Of a DNA stretch of 64,000 nt, positions 22,198 through 32,158 are shown in pieces. Each line of letters begins with the position of its first letter. Position 1 is the first letter of the stretch. The translations under genes and the position numbers were made by a program. This stretch comes from a virus: positions 1 through 64,000 of the IMG/VR virus record IMGVR_UViG_3300047299_000067; one strand, 5' to 3'. The notes beneath the pieces were generated by a model that was given only the letters and a program-made list of their open reading frames with translations, was not told where the DNA came from and did no database searches.

Positions 22198-23083
22198 AAA
22201 GAAAAGAATAGCGGTATGTTTATACGGACAACCGAGGACAGCGTTATATTGTGCTCCGTGGATTAAAGAATGGTTTAATGTTCCTGCGGGCGCAGAAATA
22301 AACGAATATAAGAAAAACTTTGACATGCACCCGGAGTTTATTTCTAAAGATCCGTGCCAAGTAGAAGTTGATTATTTCTTGCATATTAAGGACTATAACA
22401 TTTACACTAATACCATTGGCGATATAGGCTCGGGACCCGACGACAGCCCTGTTAGAAAAGTAAGCCAGGAGTTTTTGGATGAATTAGTCAAGGTTTATAA
22501 TCCTAAAAAATATCAAGTGTTGTCTCATGAAGAAGAATCATATTTAATACAAGGGCATAGAAATAGTTATAGCGCATTGTTTTATAGTATTAGTTCTGCA
22601 ATGAGGCTAAAGCGAGAATATGAAATAGAAACCGGGATAACTTATGATTATTGTTTTGCACACAGATATGACGGTATCACTGGACCAGATATAAATTCGT
22701 TTAAAAAACGTATCACCGGCCCAGGATTTCCCCCGATGGCAGTGTTGGCACTGGGCGAAATGTTTCGTTGGAAATGGGAACAATGGCGGCTAGGACCAAA
22801 CGATGTGTTTTTGGGCGGCGATAATTTAGCAATGGAAATGTTATTAGCAGATACTAGTAGAATTTATACATCCGATGATTTATTCATGTGTAACGACGAT
22901 ATTGGCGGCCCTAACGTAATATTAGGGCGCAGCTTTAGTAATTCGAATATTAAGTTAGAAACAGACCCGAATATTCATTGTGCTATTGTTAGACACAGTG
23001 CAGATTTAACAATTCCAGTTTTAGAAAGTTGGCAATATCATCAAAATTTCTGGTTAAGTAATCACAAATCAACATTATTATGA
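22187..23083 (+). CDS. Putative glycosyltransferase-like protein, family B
   Basis: RIAVCLYGQPR N-terminus; LKREYE..YDYCFAHRYD; PNDVF. Resembles proteins of polysaccharide loci. Confidence 0.45.
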   Translation: MDYKKKRIAVCLYGQPRTALYCAPWIKEWFNVPAGAEINEYKKNFDMHPEFISKDPCQVEVDYFLHIKDYNIYTNTIGDIGSGPDDSPVRKVSQEFLDELVKVYNPKKYQVLSHEEESYLIQGHRNSYSALFYSISSAMRLKREYEIETGITYDYCFAHRYDGITGPDINSFKKRITGPGFPPMAVLALGEMFRWKWEQWRLGPNDVFLGGDNLAMEMLLADTSRIYTSDDLFMCNDDIGGPNVILGRSFSNSNIKLETDPNIHCAIVRHSADLTIPVLESWQYHQNFWLSNHKSTLL

Positions 23084-23949
23084 AAAGACAATTAATATGC
23101 AATGGCGATAGTTGGGTCTTCGGCAGCGAAATAGTAGATCCAGAATTAGCAAAACAATATCCTGTGGATGTGCATGTAGGAAATTATGATCATAAAAAAG
23201 AAAATGATCATTATAGACTACCTAGAATATTCCCCACAAAACTAGCCGACAAATTAAATGCAGATGCAATAAATTTAAGTTGGCCGGCAGACGACAACCA
23301 GAGCATTTGCAATAGAACAATAGAGTTTATAACAAAAAATTATATTAACACAGGTTTGGGAGTTGATCATTTATTTGTTGTAATAGGGTGGTCAAGCCCC
23401 GAGCGAGTTAGATTTTGGTACAAGGACGACGAACGCAATCAAAAGTTTATTATATGGCCGAGTTTAGAATGGTTTGACACACCAGCCCAGGAAAAGTTTT
23501 GGCGTTTATATGTTGCATATATGTGGAATAAAGAAGAATTTATTCCTAGGTATGTAGACACTGTTCTACGATTTCAAAACTTTTGCAACGAACACGGTAT
23601 AAAGTTTGTTATGTTTAATGCATTTTATCAAGGACAGGGTAGTGGATGCAGTCATGCTATAGAACATGATTTTAATGTAGAACAAGAATTAACACAACTT
23701 GCAGTAGAAGGATATGATTATTCTATTAACAACGTTAGACAGCAAGGAGTTTCTTTTTCTGCCAAGCATGCATGGGCGACTGTAGATAAAGTTAGATACT
23801 ATAATAAAGACGCAGAAAAGAATTCGTTTAGAACGTTTATAACAGATAACCTAGAAAAGCCTTTACAAGGCTGGCACCCGAGCGAACTCGGGCATTCTAT
23901 ATGGGCAGATGAATTGCTTAGATATATAAATGAAAACAATTTATTATGA
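23080..23949 (+). CDS. SGNH/GDSL-like hydrolase or acyltransferase
   Basis: NGDSW block I; WHPSELGH block V. Confidence 0.7.
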   Translation: MKRQLICNGDSWVFGSEIVDPELAKQYPVDVHVGNYDHKKENDHYRLPRIFPTKLADKLNADAINLSWPADDNQSICNRTIEFITKNYINTGLGVDHLFVVIGWSSPERVRFWYKDDERNQKFIIWPSLEWFDTPAQEKFWRLYVAYMWNKEEFIPRYVDTVLRFQNFCNEHGIKFVMFNAFYQGQGSGCSHAIEHDFNVEQELTQLAVEGYDYSINNVRQQGVSFSAKHAWATVDKVRYYNKDAEKNSFRTFITDNLEKPLQGWHPSELGHSIWADELLRYINENNLL

Positions 23950-24803
23950 TTTCTCAGATTTATACAAACGGATGTTCTTGGACAGAAGGACATTTTTTAC
24001 ACGAAGACCCAGTTGTTAGCCAGTATGTAATTGACGCTGGATATAAAATACAACGCAATAAAGAAATTGATTTTTTAGAAATTGCTAATCCTAACGGACA
24101 AGGACTAGAGTATCCTTACAGATTTATATATGATAAATTTAATTGGGCAGGACATGTTGCAAAACATGTTGATGCTAAATTAATCAACGACGGCCTCGGC
24201 GCTGCCAGCAATAGCCGTATGATTAGAACAACTCTAGACTTTATCAATAATTCAAGCCAGGAAGATTTAGAATCTACATTAGTTATTTTACAATGGACTT
24301 TATTAGAACGCGACGAACTATTTTTAAATGACGGAGAATCTAATGCACAATGGGTTAGATTTAACCCAACCCAACGATTTAGTGATTTAGAACGATGTTT
24401 TGCTCCTGGGTTTGTTAATATAGTAGATAAATTTTGGGAATTACACACAGCTTATATACACAATTTTGAGCATAAATTAATGAAATATTTCCAGGACATT
24501 TATTTGATGCACAATTTATTAAAGGCTAAAAATATCAAGCACTATTTTTTTAATGCGTTTCCCATTGGCTTTGGCGCTCCGGAAACGTTTAATTTAGATT
24601 TTTCTAAATGGTTTGACATTTACGCAAAAGAAATAGAACCCACGGCATTAAATTGTTTCGATACTTTTAGTGAATTTGTTTACAATACACAATCAGAAAC
24701 TAATCAAACTTTAATAATTTCCGACGGACATCCTAATGCACTAGGACATAAACTATGGGCGGATCATATTATTGCAGATATGACGGCAAAGAACATTATA
24801 TGA
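23946..24803 (+). CDS. SGNH/GDSL-like hydrolase or acyltransferase
   Basis: NGCSWT, GAASN, DGHPNALGH. Confidence 0.7.
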   Translation: MISQIYTNGCSWTEGHFLHEDPVVSQYVIDAGYKIQRNKEIDFLEIANPNGQGLEYPYRFIYDKFNWAGHVAKHVDAKLINDGLGAASNSRMIRTTLDFINNSSQEDLESTLVILQWTLLERDELFLNDGESNAQWVRFNPTQRFSDLERCFAPGFVNIVDKFWELHTAYIHNFEHKLMKYFQDIYLMHNLLKAKNIKHYFFNAFPIGFGAPETFNLDFSKWFDIYAKEIEPTALNCFDTFSEFVYNTQSETNQTLIISDGHPNALGHKLWADHIIADMTAKNII

Positions 24804-25420
24804 ATAAGCTGTGGATATATGGATGTAGCTTTAGCGAACCGTTTGGGTTTGAACAAACTGGTCCTGTTTTTGATGTAAATGGTTATAGAAATATCAAAGT
24901 GCCATACTGGGGCACTCACTTGGCCGAAAAATTAAATTTAACGTGTATAACGAGAAGTTTAGCAGGCGTGGGGTGGAACTATATTACTTTTCAAATCGAA
25001 CAAGATGTAAGATCTTGGAGCAAAGACGATATAATTATAATAAGCCCTAGCTTTTTAAGTCGTGTGAATATTATGGAATTTACAAATGGTTCCACTAGAG
25101 ATGAATTAATTGGGTTTTATAAATCATGGGATGAAATAGCCAAGTATAATAAAACTCGTTGGCGTAATACTATTTTAAATTATCAATACCTCGGATATAA
25201 TGTTTATACATGGCTAGTCGAACATGTCGACGAATTGCCTCCTAAAACAATATTTGCCTCCGATAATGAAGCTAATTGGTATAATTGGATGACACGGCAT
25301 TATGAATACTGGACAAGTTTGCCGGGTATTGTTTATCCCGACGGTGATTGGCACTTTAATGCACGAGGGCATGTTGCAGTAGCTGATAGAATGTACGAAG
25401 TAATATGCAAACAGCAGTGA
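24800..25420 (+). CDS. SGNH/GDSL-like protein
   Basis: ATGA-coupled start at 24800; YGCSFS and DWHFNARGH. Confidence 0.65.
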   Translation: MNKLWIYGCSFSEPFGFEQTGPVFDVNGYRNIKVPYWGTHLAEKLNLTCITRSLAGVGWNYITFQIEQDVRSWSKDDIIIISPSFLSRVNIMEFTNGSTRDELIGFYKSWDEIAKYNKTRWRNTILNYQYLGYNVYTWLVEHVDELPPKTIFASDNEANWYNWMTRHYEYWTSLPGIVYPDGDWHFNARGHVAVADRMYEVICKQQ

Positions 25421-26112
25421 TAATAAGCGGCATCGTTAGGGAAATGGACAACGCTATTAACACGTGGTTCTTTCCCGGAGATTATTTTTTATTTGCACAA
25501 AAAGAATATCAAAGACCGAGAAGCGATATAGTCGAACACAATATTCTATCTAGTTTAACAAATCATCTTCATAAATTTCAGTCTATATCGTTAGTAAGTA
25601 GATTAGACAATATACATCCGACACTTAATATGGCATGGAAATGGAAAGTAGCATTTCATCATTTGCAACCTTATATTAAACAACATAATTACACCCAATT
25701 TATTATAACTCGACCGGACTTTTATTTTTTAAAGTATAAAGACTGGGATTTGATTTGCACAGAACCCGATACACTATATTCTACTTCGATAATGGTATTA
25801 GACTCTATGGGGATGAAATTTGTAAACGACAGTTGCATGGCATGCAATTATGCAGTGTTTGAAAAATTATCGAAATTTTACGACTATTATGCAGATAAAG
25901 CAGCAACTCTTAATATCCATGTTCATTTATCAAATTATTTAGAAAATAATAACATTACGGTCAATGACAAGTTGTTAGAATATTCGCATTCTTTCCCGCT
26001 GCGATCGAACACAAGAGAAATGTTCACAGGCGGAGTTTTAGATAATAAATACTCAGTTAATGATTTAATTACAAAAGGACAACAATGGAACAGTGGCGAC
26101 CAAAACGATTAA
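25405..26112 (+). CDS. Putative glycosyltransferase-like protein, family B
   Basis: TAVIISGIVR N-terminus, YTQFIITRPD, VND; similar to 22187..23083. Confidence 0.45.
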   Translation: MQTAVIISGIVREMDNAINTWFFPGDYFLFAQKEYQRPRSDIVEHNILSSLTNHLHKFQSISLVSRLDNIHPTLNMAWKWKVAFHHLQPYIKQHNYTQFIITRPDFYFLKYKDWDLICTEPDTLYSTSIMVLDSMGMKFVNDSCMACNYAVFEKLSKFYDYYADKAATLNIHVHLSNYLENNNITVNDKLLEYSHSFPLRSNTREMFTGGVLDNKYSVNDLITKGQQWNSGDQND

Positions 26113-26903
26113 TAATATGCGGGGATAGTTTTAATATTGGCATTGGTTGTCAAGACTTAACAACGCAACCTTACGGAACGTTATTAGCTGATCATTATGG
26201 AATACCTTTGGTTAATTTAGCAAAAGGATCTAGCACTAATTTAAGTATATGGTTGCAAGTGGAATATGCAATTAGAGAATTAAAAGCAGGACCAGATGAT
26301 CTAATACTAGTTAATGAAACTAGCTCGAATAGATTTAATTGGTTCCCGGATGACAAACCTCATTCTGGGCAAATTACTAATTTAGATGTTAATTATCACA
26401 AATACCCGCCTTACGGTGATTTTAGTTATCATCAAATACTACCAGAACATCCTATGCAAAACCATCCGGGATATACTGGTACTATGATAACCGAAAACAT
26501 AGCAGGTGTGTTGGACTTTTTAGATAATTATTTGGCACGCGGTGATTATCAAATAGATCGCTATTATGATAGAATTGCACGAGAAAACCCAGCAAAGCTA
26601 AAGCTCATGGCAAATTTTTATGCAAGTATATATGATGAAAATATTTCTCAATTACAATCAAAAGCATTCATGAGTATGTCGAGCACTATGATTGCACGCT
26701 CGGGTGCAAAACATTTGATGTTATTAGCAAACCCAAATTGGTATCGAGAATTGATTGCCGATGAAAACTTAATGTATTTAAGTTGGGGCGAAATAACGTT
26801 GGAATATCCTGATAATATTCCAAGCGGTCATGCAGACGAACGTGGGCATGTTGTCGCTAAAGATATGATAGTTCATAAACTCAAACTTAACGGATGGATA
26901 TAA
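26085..26903 (+). CDS. SGNH/GDSL-like protein
   Basis: CGDSF, NLAKGSSTN, SGHADERGH. Confidence 0.65.
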   Translation: MEQWRPKRLIICGDSFNIGIGCQDLTTQPYGTLLADHYGIPLVNLAKGSSTNLSIWLQVEYAIRELKAGPDDLILVNETSSNRFNWFPDDKPHSGQITNLDVNYHKYPPYGDFSYHQILPEHPMQNHPGYTGTMITENIAGVLDFLDNYLARGDYQIDRYYDRIARENPAKLKLMANFYASIYDENISQLQSKAFMSMSSTMIARSGAKHLMLLANPNWYRELIADENLMYLSWGEITLEYPDNIPSGHADERGHVVAKDMIVHKLKLNGWI

Positions 26904-27343
26904 TGGAAATTAAACAAGTAAACAAACACTGGGGATACGAATTATGGATTGCAGATGGTAGTCAAACTCCATATGCAAGCAAACGTATATTGTTTAAAGC
27001 AGGCAACAGAACCAGCTTGCAAGTACATGAATACAAAATAGAAACTAATTATGTATTAAGTGGAGAAGGTGTACTGCATCGTAGTCGAGAGCCATTAGAT
27101 ATTAAAAAGTTTTTAGAAGACGGAATGACCGAACGTCAAGTAGAACAATATGAATATACTTTCGAACGTATTGATCTTAAACCCGGAGTAGTGTTTAATG
27201 TGCAACCTGGTTATGTACATCGTGTAATAGCAACTACTGATTTAGAGTTTATGGAAACAAGCACAACAGAATTAGATGATGTAATACGTTTACAAGACGA
27301 TCAAGGTCGCACTCATGGAAGAATTAGCTACGAGCATGACTAA
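26903..27343 (+). CDS. Cupin; resembles the C-terminal isomerase domain of type II mannose-6-phosphate isomerase
   Basis: KHWGYELW, SLQVHEYKIET, PGYVHRV, EFMETST..DDVIRLQD. TAATG coupling; alternative start 26894. Confidence 0.75.
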   Translation: MEIKQVNKHWGYELWIADGSQTPYASKRILFKAGNRTSLQVHEYKIETNYVLSGEGVLHRSREPLDIKKFLEDGMTERQVEQYEYTFERIDLKPGVVFNVQPGYVHRVIATTDLEFMETSTTELDDVIRLQDDQGRTHGRISYEHD

Positions 27344-28871
27344 TCATACTGTTATTATCCCAACAGCCGGCTTGGGCAGTAGAATGGGTAGTTACACGAC
27401 TAATCTAAACAAAGCGCTTTTGCCGTATTTAGATGAGCCCGTTATTGCACATATTATTAAAAGTTTTCCCAAAGATACTAATTTTATTATTCCTGTTGGG
27501 TATTTAAAACAACAAGTAATGGACTTTTGTACGTTAGCATTTGCAGATAGAAATATTACTTTTGTAGAGATAGACGATTATACTAGCCCGGCAAGCGGAA
27601 CAGCTTATACGCTTAAACAGTGCCAGCATTTAATATCTAGTTCATTTTGGTATGTACCCTGCGACACTTATTTTGCAGAATCTGTAATAGACAAAATTGG
27701 CATAGACGATTGTTATTTCGTTAAACAAGTAGCCGAGTCTGACTCGCATTTATACACTATGTTTAACGTTGCTCCTGATTTTAAAATAACCGACATAACA
27801 TTTAAACAAACAGTAAGAGAAGATTGGTTAGCTTATACAGGCTTGGCATTTATAAATGACTATCGAGGATTTTTAGATCGTCTTAATCGATTAGAAAGTA
27901 ATGAGTTTATTTTTATTATCGAACCGGGCTCCGACGTAGCAGAATTAAACACATGGCAGGACTTTGGCAATCCAGAAGAATATCAAACAGCACTGACTAA
28001 AAGCCAAAAGTTTGATTTTACTAAAAAAGATGAATTAACTTATATTACAAATAATCGCGTAGTCAAATGGTGGTTAGATCCTACAGTTGCGCAAAAGAAA
28101 TATAAAAAATTTGCAACTAATATGCAAGTATTCCCTCCTAATTGCCAGCACAGCGGCAATTATATTGCATATGATTATTGGCCGGGCGCAACGCTGTATC
28201 AATATAATAATCCAGATAGGTTCGACGATTTTTTGGTATGGTTAGAAACTTCCGTATGGCAAGATTATGCCATCAATATAGAACAAGCAAGTTTGGAGTT
28301 TTATAAAGATAAAACATTAAGTAGAATTAAAAAGTTCGTTGACAAGTATCCGCATTTACCCGCTATTAAAACAGTAAATGGTCTAGCAGTTAAAGACTAT
28401 ACAGAATACCTCGATGCTATTGATTGGCAATATTTAAGTACGGTTAATCGACCGGGCTTTATGCACGGTGATTTACAATTTGATAATGTTATTATTGACG
28501 AACACGGCAATTTTAAACTAATTGACTGGCGACATGAATTTGCAGGATTAGTAGAGTATGGAGACATTTACTATGACTTGGCAAAAATGTCTGGCGGGTT
28601 TATAATTAACTATGCTAATATTAAAGGACATAATTTTGATGTTGAAGTAGATGATAACTTAAATGCAGTGTTAAGTATTCCTAATATTGACAATATAACC
28701 ATTTATCAACGCAAGCTAAAGAAATATATACTAGATAATAATTTAGATTATAAAAAAGTACAAACACTAATACCTATTATATTTTGGAATATGGCACCGC
28801 TACACACGGCACCGTTTGATATATTTTTATGGTATTTAGGTCTTAAGCTATTTGCAGAATTAGAACAATGA
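27336..28871 (+). CDS. Fusion of a nucleotidyltransferase (LicC/GlmU-like) and an APH/choline-kinase-like phosphotransferase
   Basis: N-terminal IPTAGLGSRM..NKALL..PCD; C-terminal HGDLQFDNV..IDWR..YDLAK. Confidence 0.8.
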   Translation: MTNHTVIIPTAGLGSRMGSYTTNLNKALLPYLDEPVIAHIIKSFPKDTNFIIPVGYLKQQVMDFCTLAFADRNITFVEIDDYTSPASGTAYTLKQCQHLISSSFWYVPCDTYFAESVIDKIGIDDCYFVKQVAESDSHLYTMFNVAPDFKITDITFKQTVREDWLAYTGLAFINDYRGFLDRLNRLESNEFIFIIEPGSDVAELNTWQDFGNPEEYQTALTKSQKFDFTKKDELTYITNNRVVKWWLDPTVAQKKYKKFATNMQVFPPNCQHSGNYIAYDYWPGATLYQYNNPDRFDDFLVWLETSVWQDYAINIEQASLEFYKDKTLSRIKKFVDKYPHLPAIKTVNGLAVKDYTEYLDAIDWQYLSTVNRPGFMHGDLQFDNVIIDEHGNFKLIDWRHEFAGLVEYGDIYYDLAKMSGGFIINYANIKGHNFDVEVDDNLNAVLSIPNIDNITIYQRKLKKYILDNNLDYKKVQTLIPIIFWNMAPLHTAPFDIFLWYLGLKLFAELEQ

Positions 28872-29608
28872 AACAATATATAAGTTTAAGTCAATTCCCT
28901 GGAACAACAGGGAAATACTATTATTCTAAATTCTTTGAATACTATAATATTCCTGCACAATATACCCCTATGGCAGCGGATAACATAGCAGAAAGTATAC
29001 AACACGCTAAACAGCAAAATATCGCTGGTATTAGCGTAAGCATGCCTTTTAAGAGTGCAGTTATTGAATTGTTAGACGAGCTAGACATCGCCCTAGCCGA
29101 GTATCCAAGTTGTAATACTATCGTGAATAGCAACGGAGTATTACGAGGATATAATGCAGACTTGGCAGGCGTTGAGTATAGTTGCAAACAAATTAAACAA
29201 GATGATGTAATTACTATACTGGGTATGGGCGCTATGGGATCTATGTTTGCAGAATACTTAACAAAGAACGGTTATACAAACTTAAACATATGTGCTAGAA
29301 AGCTAGACACTTGGAATAACAGATTTAAACAGTCCGATGTTATTATTAATTGTTCGGCACTGGGTACAAGTTCTAGCAATAGTCCTTTTTTACCGGGACA
29401 ACTTGACCCCGGTACTAGACTAGTTATAGATTTAGCTATCAAGGATAACGAACTTAAAAACCAATGTGCGATACTAGGAGTTAAATACACGAGTGGAATT
29501 GAATTTTATAAACAACAATTCTTAAAACAATTTGAAATTTACACTGGCATTAAGCCCGATAGTGCAAAGTTCGATGAATTCGAAAGACAGCTACATGAAA
29601 AAATTTAA
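28868..29608 (+). CDS. Shikimate dehydrogenase (AroE)-like oxidoreductase
   Basis: SVSMPFK, CNTIV, GYNAD, ILGMGAMG, IINCSALG. Confidence 0.75.
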   Translation: MKQYISLSQFPGTTGKYYYSKFFEYYNIPAQYTPMAADNIAESIQHAKQQNIAGISVSMPFKSAVIELLDELDIALAEYPSCNTIVNSNGVLRGYNADLAGVEYSCKQIKQDDVITILGMGAMGSMFAEYLTKNGYTNLNICARKLDTWNNRFKQSDVIINCSALGTSSSNSPFLPGQLDPGTRLVIDLAIKDNELKNQCAILGVKYTSGIEFYKQQFLKQFEIYTGIKPDSAKFDEFERQLHEKI

Positions 29609-30665
29609 ATTAGGCTTTGGCCCCATGAGTAGTAGAATTATTAAATCTATCGCCAAATACTCTAAAGAACACAATTATCCGCTGATGCTAATTGCAAGTC
29701 GCAATCAAGTTGATGCAACAACCGGATATGTTTGCACTAGTCAAGAACTAGTAGACTTGGTTGCAGAGTTTAAAACGGACAATTTACTTGTTTGCCGCGA
29801 TCATTGCGGTCCGTACTTTGCAGACTTGGATAAGAATTTAGGACTAGAAGCCGCAATTGTTCGTTGTAAGCAAACTATTGCAGCAGACATTAGTGCAGGC
29901 TTTGATATTATACATATAGACGTTAGTCGTGTGCAAGATGATCCTTTGGGAGTAGCAGCACATTTAATGGATTATGCTATTAGTTTGAATCCTAATATTC
30001 GGTTTGAATTCGGCAGCGAAGATAACACGGGAATCGACATCGAGTCGAGTTTGTCTAGACTAGAAAGTCAATTTGAATTTTTAACAAAATACAAAGACCA
30101 TGTGGTATTTTTTGTCACGCAAACAGGTAGTTTGACAAAAGCAGAACAAGCAGGCAAGTTTAGTACAGATAGAAATAAACAAGTAGCTGCACAAATACAC
30201 GCCGCAGGATACTTGTTTAAGGAACACAACGCTGATTACTTTGATCAATATGCATTAGAACAACGAGTAGATGCAGGCATTGACAGTTTGAATATTGCCC
30301 CGCAATTAGGTAAGATACAAACGGAAATTACTAAAAAGTTTGCAAGCGAAACAGCCTGGGCAGAGTTTGCCGAGTATGTTTATGAACAAAAGTATTGGGC
30401 ACGTTGGGTAGAAGATGCAGGTGCTGACCGTGAACAAGCCGTTGCAGTAAGTGCTCACTATTGTTTTAGCACTGTTGAATATATGAAAGTTATTACTAGC
30501 ATAATTGATTTGCCTGCATTTGAAGCAGCAGTCGATCGTGCTATTGTCGAACTTATTGAGCTTTATAAGAAGTTTGATAAGGATGCTGAAGAAGCAGAGT
30601 TCCAAGCTAAATTACAACGCCGACTAGAAGAACTACGTCGCAGAGATCCTTTTATTTACAGATGA
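29595..30665 (+). CDS. GatZ/KbaZ-like (tagatose-6-phosphate epimerase / aldolase non-catalytic subunit-like) TIM-barrel protein
   Basis: LIASRNQVD..GY, RDHCGP, GFDIIHID, EHNADY, NIAPQLG. Start inferred at the ATG at 29595. Confidence 0.7.
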   Translation: MKKFKLGFGPMSSRIIKSIAKYSKEHNYPLMLIASRNQVDATTGYVCTSQELVDLVAEFKTDNLLVCRDHCGPYFADLDKNLGLEAAIVRCKQTIAADISAGFDIIHIDVSRVQDDPLGVAAHLMDYAISLNPNIRFEFGSEDNTGIDIESSLSRLESQFEFLTKYKDHVVFFVTQTGSLTKAEQAGKFSTDRNKQVAAQIHAAGYLFKEHNADYFDQYALEQRVDAGIDSLNIAPQLGKIQTEITKKFASETAWAEFAEYVYEQKYWARWVEDAGADREQAVAVSAHYCFSTVEYMKVITSIIDLPAFEAAVDRAIVELIELYKKFDKDAEEAEFQAKLQRRLEELRRRDPFIYR

Positions 30666-32134
30666 ACATTTGGGGAATTAGTGCCAACAGTCATGATGCT
30701 GCAATAAGCGTTTGGCACGATAAAGAATTAAAATTTGCAGCACACAGCGAACGCTATTCGGGTATTAAAAACGATGGCGATTTGTGCGAGGGTCTTATAA
30801 AAGATGCCGAACAATTTGGTCGTCCTGATTTAATTGTTTGGTATGAAGATCCTGTTAAGAAAACTGCTAGACAGTTTTATGCAGGACAAGGCGACAAATC
30901 CGAAGAAAATGATGTACACGCATACTTACACAAGTACGGACTAACTGCACCTGTTGAGATCGGACAACATCATAAAAGCCATGCAGCAGCAGGATATTAT
31001 ACAAGTGGATTTACTGATGCTACTGTAGTTGTTATCGATAGTATTGGCGAATTTGAAACTCTAACTGTTTGGCAAGGACAAGGAAACGATTTGTCGCAAG
31101 TTTATTCGCAAGGATACCCCGACAGTGTTGGCCTTTGGTTTAGTGCTATGACACAACGTTGCGGCTTAAAGCCCAACGAAGAAGAATATATTCTAATGGG
31201 CATGGCTGCATATGGCGATCCCGAACGTTTAAAACAAGATATCTACACGGACTTCTTTGAAAAGATTGCAGGACCTGAAATTAAATTTAAACGCAACTTG
31301 CATAGAGGTTGCCCCGATTGGCGCATTGATTTGACTAAACAACAAGATGTATATGACATAGCAGCAGCAACGCAGCGAGTATATGAAGAATTGTTGCAAG
31401 GTATTAGCACGTGGGCAAGAGAAAAAATGCCTAGTAAAAATTTAGTACTCATGGGCGGCTGTGCGTTAAATTGTGTTGCCAACAGCAACATTACTGGCGA
31501 CTGGGATAATGTTTGGATTATGCCAAACCCCGGTGATGCTGGATCTAGTGTAGGTGCAGTATGCGCTTACCATGGAGAACAAGTTAACTGGCCGGGCGCT
31601 TATATTGGCTATGACTTGGGCGATGACTATCCAGTGGAGGAACTAATAAATGAACTCAAAACTAACAAAATTGTGGGAGTGGCTAGCGGTAGAGCTGAGT
31701 TCGGCCCAAGAGCTCTTGGCCACCGCAGTTTATTGGCAGACCCCAGAGGACACGAAATCAAAGACACCGTCAACGCAATCAAGCGAAGACAAAAGTTTAG
31801 ACCATTCGCCCCCGCAATCCTAGAAGAACATGTACACGAGTATTTTGAAATGCCAAAAGGCATAACTGCTAGTCCATTTATGCAGTTTGTTGCCAAATGT
31901 AAAAAACCTGACGAATTCCCTGCTATTATACACGCAGATGGAACTAGCAGAGTGCAAACGGTTAGCAAGAACGACAGTCCTGGATTTAGAGCATTACTAG
32001 AAGCATGGTATGCAGCAACCGGTTGCCCCATTCTACTTAATACTAGTTTAAACATCAAAGGTATGCCAATGGTTAATACGCTAGAAGATGCTAAAGACTT
32101 TTATGCAAAGTACAATGTCCGCGTTGTATCCTGA
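30662..32134 (+). CDS. O-carbamoyltransferase, NodU/CmcH/TobZ family
   Basis: SHDAA, HHKSHAAAGYY, MGMAAYG, GGCALNC, EFGPRALGHRS, RPFAP, LLNTSLN. Confidence 0.92.
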   Translation: MNIWGISANSHDAAISVWHDKELKFAAHSERYSGIKNDGDLCEGLIKDAEQFGRPDLIVWYEDPVKKTARQFYAGQGDKSEENDVHAYLHKYGLTAPVEIGQHHKSHAAAGYYTSGFTDATVVVIDSIGEFETLTVWQGQGNDLSQVYSQGYPDSVGLWFSAMTQRCGLKPNEEEYILMGMAAYGDPERLKQDIYTDFFEKIAGPEIKFKRNLHRGCPDWRIDLTKQQDVYDIAAATQRVYEELLQGISTWAREKMPSKNLVLMGGCALNCVANSNITGDWDNVWIMPNPGDAGSSVGAVCAYHGEQVNWPGAYIGYDLGDDYPVEELINELKTNKIVGVASGRAEFGPRALGHRSLLADPRGHEIKDTVNAIKRRQKFRPFAPAILEEHVHEYFEMPKGITASPFMQFVAKCKKPDEFPAIIHADGTSRVQTVSKNDSPGFRALLEAWYAATGCPILLNTSLNIKGMPMVNTLEDAKDFYAKYNVRVVS

Positions 32135-32143
32135 TAAGAAATA

Positions 32144-32150
32144 TTAAATA
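32144..32150 (+). promoter_or_regulatory. Putative internal late promoter TTAAATA
   Basis: Lies in a rare intergenic gap, 8 nt before the ATG at 32159, with no obvious RBS. Confidence 0.45.
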
Positions 32151-32158
32151 CTAGCATA

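Noticed and set aside
28868-29608. aroE as an aromatic amino-acid auxiliary metabolic gene
   Set aside because: No other shikimate-pathway gene; embedded in a sugar-nucleotide module, so the gene symbol was withheld.
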